From NCBI GenBank assembly GCA_964019425.1, contig OZ025800.1:558001-622000 (forward strand): a stretch of 64,000 nt of DNA. The letters run 5' to 3'. Below the pieces are notes generated by a model that saw nothing but the letters and a program-made list of their open reading frames with translations, had not been told where the DNA came from and did not search any database. The position numbers and the translations under genes are program-made. Positions 56,504-64,000 of the stretch are shown here, piece by piece; the first letter of the stretch is position 1, and every line of letters starts with the position of its first letter. This DNA is from Flectonema sp. DT1601 (lineage: Eukaryota).

Positions 56504-58204
56504 TTTTTTTTGGAGTCCTTTGGGATATCGCTGAGACTTTTGTTTCTGCCTCACACGTCTCATGACTGCTTCGCTCTTCATAAGTTTCAAGTTACCCTTG
56601 TTGATTTATTCTTGCATCGCTGGAGCTGGTTTTGTTTTCCAGTTAATCCTTTTTTTTATTGCATTTTTTTTTTCAAAAGAGCCCAGCTGTGGTTGGAGTG
56701 TTCTTTCAGATCAGTTTCTAGTTCCAGGGCACAAGAGTTCGATTTCGAATAGCTCAGTCATTAACACGACTACGAGTATGGTACTACAGGAGAAGCAATT
56801 CTAACATTGTAATTCAGTAGTCTGAACTCTGTGTTCTGAGGACACTTAATTAGACAAACACCACACGACACGACCTCGTCTTCGCTGTCGTCCCTCCGAT
56901 GCTTTTTTTCGGATGGACGATATCATATCGTACTTCTGCGGGGACCTCTTCGCCTTAATCGAAAATGAAAATTGTGAAAACTCAAAAAAAAAAAAAAAAA
57001 AGCTTTCTTGCGGTGGTGTTAAGGGTTAAGGGAGTTCTGTTTATAGCATACTTCTTCTAGGCAGATGCCTCCGTTGCAGCTGGCTATAGTGCCAGCTGTG
57101 CCAGGTAGATTTTGTTACGTTTGTAGTTATGGTTTACACGATACTTTCAATATGAAAAGAAGAACAAAAATGAAAAAATAAAAGTTTCTCCTCCCCTTTT
57201 GGTTCGTTTTCCGACACCCACCTAGCACAAGTTACTGTTTTCCTGTTTCTGTTTTATAATAGTTGGGTTGGAGATGGATGATTAAATTATAATCTTATCT
57301 GATCGAGTGAAGCCACAGCAGCAGTTGGGAAAACCCACCCACTCTGAAGAACGGATTCACGTGATCGGGAAGCAAATACTCTTCTTTCTTTTATTCCTGC
57401 AGAAGTTTTTTTCCAGATAATCTGTCCCTTTTTATGTGCAACTGCTAATTGAGAAATCCAATCTGCTAACTAACTAACAATCTTGTTGGTGTGCTGGAAA
57501 TAGGAAGTGTGTTGAGATATATCATCCTCCAATCCCAGTCAGTGAGTCTGAGTGAGTTGTTATTTCTTATCTTTCTGTTTCACAGTTTCCTTGCAATTAG
57601 ATGGATTTCCTCTCCAGTTTTCTTTTTGTTTTGAGTCCTTCCCCTGTTGTTGCCTACAGAATAAGGTGATGATCTACTAATATCAGTCCCATCAACATTT
57701 CGTAACAGAGTGTCGGGGCTATCATATCAATTTACTTATGTAAGGTGACAGGTAGTAGTTTTAGTTTGAAGTGGTGTGTTTTTTGTTTAATATTTCTTTT
57801 TGTTATTTACAAGCATTTCTTGCCATACCGCGGGGTTGGGTTGAGAGCAATTTCAAAGTTACTGCGACTAACACCCAACTACTTAAAGCAGTAGTATTCT
57901 GTACCTCTCACTGTCTGACCAGATTACAGTTTCGGTGCAAACAACGCAATCGGTTCTTTGGAATAAATCTATTGAACTTATTCTTTACGTACCTAGCCTT
58001 TCGTATAATGTTATTGTCCAGCAGAGTTTTTGTGTGTTAGGATGCCTGATCAGTTTGTCAGGTTGACGTGTCGTCATTATGACCCGTTTTCTTTTTAAAC
58101 AGCAATCGTCACAACGACATAACTGACTCTATTTATTGATTATGAGATAGCAAATTTTTGATTACTTTTATATTTTATTTTAGTAGGTCGAACACTATCT
58201 GAAA

Positions 58205-58500
58205 ATGAGTACCAAATCAGCAGCACCACAGGGTCAGGGTACCCAGGTATGTGTTTATGGTTTTTAATTTTTCAGATCTTACAAAGTAGGGAGTCTAACT
58301 AACAACAGGAGTTGACAGTATTTGTTCAGAGCTTGCTGCAGCAGATGCAGGGAAGGTTCCACGAAATGGCTGAAGCTATTGTGAGTAGAATTGATGAAAT
58401 GGGAAGCCGCATTGATGACCTTGAAAAGAGCATAGGTGATCTCATGCAACAGGCTGGAATCGAAGAAGGCGACACTCCGTCAGCTCAGCCAACAAGGTAA
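58205..58500 (+). CDS. HSBP1: Heat shock factor-binding protein 1; exons 58205-58246 and 58309-58500
   Basis: ELTVFVQSLLQQMQGRF..M...IVSRIDEMGSRIDDLEKSIGDLMQQAG; intron 58247-58308 reads GTATGT..ctaac..aacaacag. Confidence 0.92.
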
Positions 58501-59420
58501 ATGAATTAATTACCTTTGTCCCCTTTTTGTAACCTATTCATTTATTTTCTTTTTCTTTTTCTTTTTTTGATTGTTTTATTTTTCATAGAAAGAAAACATG
58601 AAAGTAACGAACACGAAGAGTAAACAAATAACCAGAAAAGGTTTTCGACAACACTTAGAGAGCACTAATAATATTTTTGGAAGGAAGAGGAGGAAAAAAA
58701 AAAGAAAAAAAGAAATGAAGAAATAATGCAAAACGATAACTACATAAAAACTTAAGAAAGAAATCCACAAAAAAAAAAAAAAAAAAAAAAACTCCAATTC
58801 CATTCCTCAAAACTCTCTTTTTGGTCTATTTTATTCCTCAGGTTTTCTCGTAGTATTTTTAGTAACTGGAGACTGGCTTATTCCTGGCTTTCAGGTAGCA
58901 ATGTAGTTAACCCTTGCCAAATAAATAAATAAAAAGAGTGGCAACACGCACGGGAACGTCGTACCGCCACAGTTGACGCAGGATTTCCTGCTGATGGCCT
59001 TTCGAGTTCATTCATAACGTGTTGAGAACTGACTATTAGTCGGTAAATCTCAAGACTGAGAGACCATTCCTTTGAATTTTCTTTTAGCATAGATGAGGGA
59101 GAAGAATTTTAATTTAAAAAAAAAAAAAAAGATAAGAAAATTCAAAAGGAACCTAAAATCTCCGTATCCTGGGATAGTATTTCCCGTTTCTTCTTTCCAC
59201 CTTTCTTATTAACTTCTGTACTGCAGAGGAAAATAAAATTGACAGAAATCTATTCAAGTAGTTGACTCTCAGCCCTTACTTCGGGACTTTAATAAAATAC
59301 CACAGAAACTAATAACATTAAGGTACCTCCGTAAATCGCTTTTTTTTTTTTTTTTTTTTTTTTTTTTTCGTTTCATTTTTTTTTTTTTGTTAAAAAATTG
59401 CGAAATGGAATTGAAGAGAA

Positions 59421-59451
<31 letters not shown>

Positions 59452-59656
59452 TAGAAGGAGGAATAGAAACAGGATTCCAAAGAAAAAATAAAAAAACAGG
59501 GAGAAAATAGAGTGGGAGGAATACTTTATATCCACGGGGAACAATTATGTACCCTACTGACCTCCCTAAACCCTTCATAATGCTCAGTGTTATATTGTTG
59601 ATTATTCATTACTTCTGCTCATCAGTAAGTATTTTTATCAAACAAATGTTTTTGAT

Positions 59657-61975
59657 ATGGATGCCCACTTCTGGAAGTGCACTGGTTGTGAAAGATGGAA
59701 TAACGAAACAGCTCTCAGCTGCCTCAACTGTCTAAAAGACAGAGGACACCCAAAGAAACAGATATGTGGAAGTGAAGGATGTCAAGGCGTCTTAATAACA
59801 AGAAATGGAGAAGTAATTAGTTGCAATAAATGCCGTCGTCGAATGGAGTTCAGAAGCCTCCCTTCACCAAGTGAATCACTGATTGATAAGAAACTTGTTT
59901 CAGAAATTAACAACATATTCATGGCACTTACTGGTGCTGCGGAAGTTCCAACCAGACTCTTGCGGAAGTTATTTACATCAGATTCGGGAAAAGTTTTCCC
60001 GACTGAGATTGAAGTTCTGTTGGAACCTTCACAGCCAGCAGGTGATTCGAAAATTACTCAACAGCGGTGGGTGAGGTGGGTGTTGCAATCCGCATTTCCT
60101 TACAAATTATTAAATTGTTTAAAATCCGTAATCTCCAAAAGAGAATCAATTACTAACTTCAACAGCACTACTTCAGAAGGCAGCGATATCGTCAGCAGAC
60201 GGAACGTTTATCGTCACTCTGAAAGGGGAGGATCACCAGACCAGTTATCTGTAATCAGTTCTGTACCATCTTATAGTCAGCTACCACACCTGAGAGGGTT
60301 TGGTGATAGCCCATCGGAAATTGAATCTTTCCCAGAAATCAAACGGAAGTTCTCAGACCATCATCCATTTGAATTAGTAAATAACTTTCAGTCACCAGAC
60401 AGAAGTAATGTAGATCATCAACTTACTGATAGTCCTGTTAAAAATAATAATCTGTACGAATCCGCTCAACGTAACAGACAGCCTGCTGTGTCATCAGAAA
60501 TATTTCATGAAAGGAATCACAATACACAACCTCACTATCGAGATATTCGACCTGGTAATAATCAACCGACTGCATTAATGAATACTGCTGTTGATTTAGA
60601 CGCATTAGAAGTATGCGAACCGCCGTCTATCCCATCACTTTGTGATACATTAGTACAGCCTGTGGGGACGTCATCAAAATATGAAAACCCTCCGACAGTT
60701 CGCAGTAGTAATCAGCTGCAACACGATTCCCTCAAATCAAATCATCGAAGTAAACAACCTGATGACAATGACATGATTGTGAATAAGACATCAACAGATA
60801 GCAATCAAAATACTCGCTCCAGATACTCAGTACCACCAAGTATTGTTATTGTTAATAATGATGTTGGGGAGGTGAATGAACCAGTGGGGAATTTCTTAAT
60901 CGAAAATAACATAACAGCTGCTCTCAACGACACCTTCAGTGAGAACGTACGCGGACCTCCTGTCACTCCGATGACTGGAGATCCGAATAATACTTTTGAA
61001 AATATTGCATCGAATCACTCACAGCTACCAATTCATCAAATAACAAGAAGTAATAGTTATGAAAGTAATTCGATGAGTAATACTGTTGGACGTGTTCCTG
61101 AAGTGTTATCAGAATCCGATACCATTCCTCGAACAGTTCATCAGAGCAAGTCTGGAGTTGGTTACAACATCAGCAATTCGGATTTTAGAAATCTGACTGA
61201 GCGCCAGGCATCGGAAAGGCGTCGTGCTGCGAATATGAAATCCGTTCCAGAAATCAACAACAACAACAACAACAACAACAACACCATCACAAGGTTATCA
61301 GAGAAATCACCTGCGGAGTTGAAAAAGGATCCTCCGGAGAGTCAGAGAGAGCCATCAGGTCAGGGATTCGTGTATGCCTCAGACTACATAAAACAATATA
61401 GTGGTAGTCAGTCGAGTAGATCAACACAACCAACTGATTGCGTAGAACAATATTTACATTATCTCAACAATAAGACTGCTGTTCCTGACATGTCGAGTGT
61501 TAAAGATTCTCAAAGAACACCTTCAGTTAGTCGACATAATTCTGGTATTGATCAGTCTTTTGTATTCGCCGATGATTTTATTTCACAATATGAGACGAAG
61601 TATGCTCAGCAAGAAGGAAGTAATCGACGGAATGATATACGAAGTCCTATTCAAATATGTAGTAGAGTACCGCCACCTGTCACAATGTCTGCGGTGTTAA
61701 GAGAACAGAATGCAGTAGTTAACTACAAACTGATAGCTCTTCAAAGAGATTCTCTTAACTCTCCTCTAGGACTTCATCTCTCACCAGATATGATTGTAGA
61801 AACCATTTTAGAGGATTCTCCTGCTGCTCGACATGTAGAGATTAGAGCAATTGTTGGATGGCAGCTGACTCACGCTGCAGGTCAACTAGTCAGGTCACCT
61901 GAAGAAGTTGCCGCTGCTATCAAAAATTCAATCGCTGTTTTAATTAGAGTTGAGGAAGTAGAGTCTTTATTCTGA
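59657..61975 (+). CDS. Protein with N-terminal RanBP2-type Zn finger and second Zn ribbon, disordered middle, C-terminal PDZ-like domain
   Basis: WKCTGCERWN....SCLNC; CGSEGC..CNKC; PLGLHL..IVETILEDSPAAR..VGWQLTHAAGQLVRS. Confidence 0.8.
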   Translation: MDAHFWKCTGCERWNNETALSCLNCLKDRGHPKKQICGSEGCQGVLITRNGEVISCNKCRRRMEFRSLPSPSESLIDKKLVSEINNIFMALTGAAEVPTRLLRKLFTSDSGKVFPTEIEVLLEPSQPAGDSKITQQRWVRWVLQSAFPYKLLNCLKSVISKRESITNFNSTTSEGSDIVSRRNVYRHSERGGSPDQLSVISSVPSYSQLPHLRGFGDSPSEIESFPEIKRKFSDHHPFELVNNFQSPDRSNVDHQLTDSPVKNNNLYESAQRNRQPAVSSEIFHERNHNTQPHYRDIRPGNNQPTALMNTAVDLDALEVCEPPSIPSLCDTLVQPVGTSSKYENPPTVRSSNQLQHDSLKSNHRSKQPDDNDMIVNKTSTDSNQNTRSRYSVPPSIVIVNNDVGEVNEPVGNFLIENNITAALNDTFSENVRGPPVTPMTGDPNNTFENIASNHSQLPIHQITRSNSYESNSMSNTVGRVPEVLSESDTIPRTVHQSKSGVGYNISNSDFRNLTERQASERRRAANMKSVPEINNNNNNNNNTITRLSEKSPAELKKDPPESQREPSGQGFVYASDYIKQYSGSQSSRSTQPTDCVEQYLHYLNNKTAVPDMSSVKDSQRTPSVSRHNSGIDQSFVFADDFISQYETKYAQQEGSNRRNDIRSPIQICSRVPPPVTMSAVLREQNAVVNYKLIALQRDSLNSPLGLHLSPDMIVETILEDSPAARHVEIRAIVGWQLTHAAGQLVRSPEEVAAAIKNSIAVLIRVEEVESLF

Positions 61976-62302
61976 TGATTTATTTGTTTTGTTTTTACTT
62001 TTTTCACGAATCTTCTCACAATTTGGTAATATTGCGAGACTGATCACTGCATTAGATTATTATAAAATGACCATCAAGGTCGTTTATCCAAGCAGCAGCT
62101 TTTTTGTGCTTTTGCGAAGTCTGTTCTTGCGTCTTCCCTTTTCCCCTTTCGCTGTATCTTATCTTTCTGAAGACGTTCCATATATATGACAACTTAGAAG
62201 ATATGTTTATAATATTAAATTGATTCTATTTTACAGGAGTAACTCTTTATGTTTGGAGCTTGTCAATATGTATTCGATTCACTTTATTAATTTTACAGCC
62301 GC

Positions 62303-63426
62303 ATGACGTTCGAAGATGAGGAATCACAAAATAGATTTTTGATTGAGAATACTGAGCACCGACTACATTCGTCACTCTGCGAGTATGTGAGAGACTGCGA
62401 GGATTACACCAACAGGAGAAGTGAAGCAATTTTGAGACTCCAACGTGTTGGAAAATGTTACGTCGCGAAGAAAGAAGTTCATCACATTCAGCGTTCTATT
62501 GTCGTCCTACAAAGCTGGTGTAGATGTAAAGTTGCTATCATCACAGCACCTCTTTCTTTGCGATACAAGTCTGCTACATACATACAGAGAGTATGTCTAC
62601 CCTCCTTTAATAAAAAACAGATGTTGTGTTCTTATGGTTTCTATTATAAAGTATAATTAAATAAAACAATGAACAGGTTTGGAGATTGTTTTCAGTCACA
62701 AGTCAGCATCGAAGTTTCCTTAATGAGATTGCAGTCGTAGCTGCCAATGAAAGACTAGAAATATTAAGAAATTCATCGTCTGTTAGAATTCAAAGACTTT
62801 ACAGAAGATATCAACATCAAGTTATTAAAAGTTACAAGAGGAGGGTTGACGCTGTGAAATTAATTGAAGTCTGGTGGAGGAGAAGTCTTATCCAAAGGTC
62901 AAGACGTTGGATGATTGGTATTCACAATCGGAAATGTATTGCTGACGAGTTTACTTTAAATTGTATACAATTAGCGTCAACAGTCGATTACGACAGTGAT
63001 CATCATTCTAGTTCTGAGTCAGCTCACAGCTACCTGACTCCGGTCACTTCCCCAACAGCTAAACAGCTTTCAGATAACTGGATTGAATGTGGAATAGATG
63101 GCTACCTTCAGTTGCTTCAATCAGTTGGTATATTACAAAAGGTATTCTCAGGTTACTTATCCAGAAGACGTGTTGCTGATATTCGTTGTTTTCGTCTTCT
63201 GGAACATGAGGAAGTCCGAGCACGGATTGAGATTAATAAAGTTTATTTAAATGAAAGTGATTGTGTTATTCTTCGAAAATACTCCACAACTGTTCCTACT
63301 CGTTGCGGATTGAAACTTCTCCGACTGAAGGAAGCATTGCAATATGCAAACTACAGTTCTCAGTTATGTAACTTTTACAGAAGAGAGAAGATTAATGTGA
63401 TTCACGACATCAATAAGACTCATTGA
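62303..63426 (+). CDS. IQ-motif (calmodulin-binding) repeat protein; exons 62303-62590 and 62677-63426
   Basis: In-frame intron 62591-62676 (GTATGT..gaacag). Motifs AILRLQRVGKCY, SIVVLQSWCR, SATYIQRVWR, SSVRIQRLYRRY and ILQKVFSGYLSRR. Confidence 0.78.
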
Positions 63427-63652
63427 GAAATATCACCATCTGGTCTCTGGTCAATCGACTCAACTCTAGTCGAATCTCGGTTTGTAATTTGTACTTCAGA
63501 TTATTTATTTACACACACTGCTCAACAGTACACGCAAAGTGTTCTATTCTATCAATATATTATTTTAATTGGGGGTATACTTTTTATTTAAACTTCCATT
63601 AATTCCCTTTACAGAACAAGAAAGGGAAAAAATATTTAAAAAAAAATAAAGA

Positions 63653-64000
63653 ATGAAATATGCCGCAGTAGGTGCTGCTTTATTGATATTGCTAGTTTTG
63701 TTTTTCTATGACTACAGTCCTAAGGTGGACAGGAAGGCTATTAGTTTGTTAGAACGTGAATTAGCCGATTCCAGAGAGAAAATAAGGAAGAAGGACCAAG
63801 GAATGAGTGAACTGTACCAAATTGTTCAAAATGCTAAGAAGAATAAATCTGTCATAATGCCAACACCAACAACAACTGGTGGCGGACCTCTAGACACGGC
63901 TAACGGTTATACTGCAACACCTTGGACGATGTCAAAGTCGCCGTTATTTTCATCGTCGCATTGCATCGGACAATTAGAAAAAACAAAACTAGATCCTGAC
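63653..64000 (+). CDS. Partial type-II membrane/secreted protein (signal anchor plus coiled-coil stem), runs off the window
   Basis: Own translation: MKYAAVGAALLILLVLFFYDYSPKVDRKAISLLERELADSREK..., open to 64000; follows the acceptor at 63614. Confidence 0.7.
   Translation, partial: MKYAAVGAALLILLVLFFYDYSPKVDRKAISLLERELADSREKIRKKDQGMSELYQIVQNAKKNKSVIMPTPTTTGGGPLDTANGYTATPWTMSKSPLFSSSHCIGQLEKTKLDPD

Noticed and set aside
55700..58200. Short ORFs downstream of the 793-aa gene
   Set aside because: No motifs, non-ATG starts or low-complexity content; cannot be supported as genes.

Overview
AT-rich eukaryotic (protist) DNA, most likely a diplonemid (Euglenozoa). This assignment is inference from three observations: every host gene is on the + strand, short GT-AG cis-introns occur, and a 15-nt match to the 3' end of the kinetoplastid/diplonemid spliced leader (TTCTGTACTTTATTG) is present. 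The flanks (2.8-12.8 kb and 53-64 kb) hold housekeeping-type genes: a multi-Zn-finger/CID protein, a COMM-domain protein, a bacterial-type glycerate kinase ending in a PTS1-like ARL, a kelch protein, HSBP1, a RanBP2-Zn/PDZ protein and an IQ-repeat protein. The centre (15.6-53.3 kb) is a repeat-rich accessory block bounded by ~125-bp direct repeats that copy the 5' end of the downstream gene. It holds five paralogous surface-protein genes (variable Cys-rich head, PT-repeat stalk of variable length, multi-pass membrane domain), separated by nested mobile-element debris. That debris includes an apparently intact two-ORF non-LTR retrotransposon, a Penelope-like RT fragment with hammerhead-like motifs, several MITE/MULE-like elements and serially stacked short insertions. 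The strongest candidate for a new system is the retrotransposon. It starts with a reverse-transcribed spliced-leader remnant, and its ORF1 and ORF2 are in the same frame, separated by one UAA in a CAR-YYA readthrough context.
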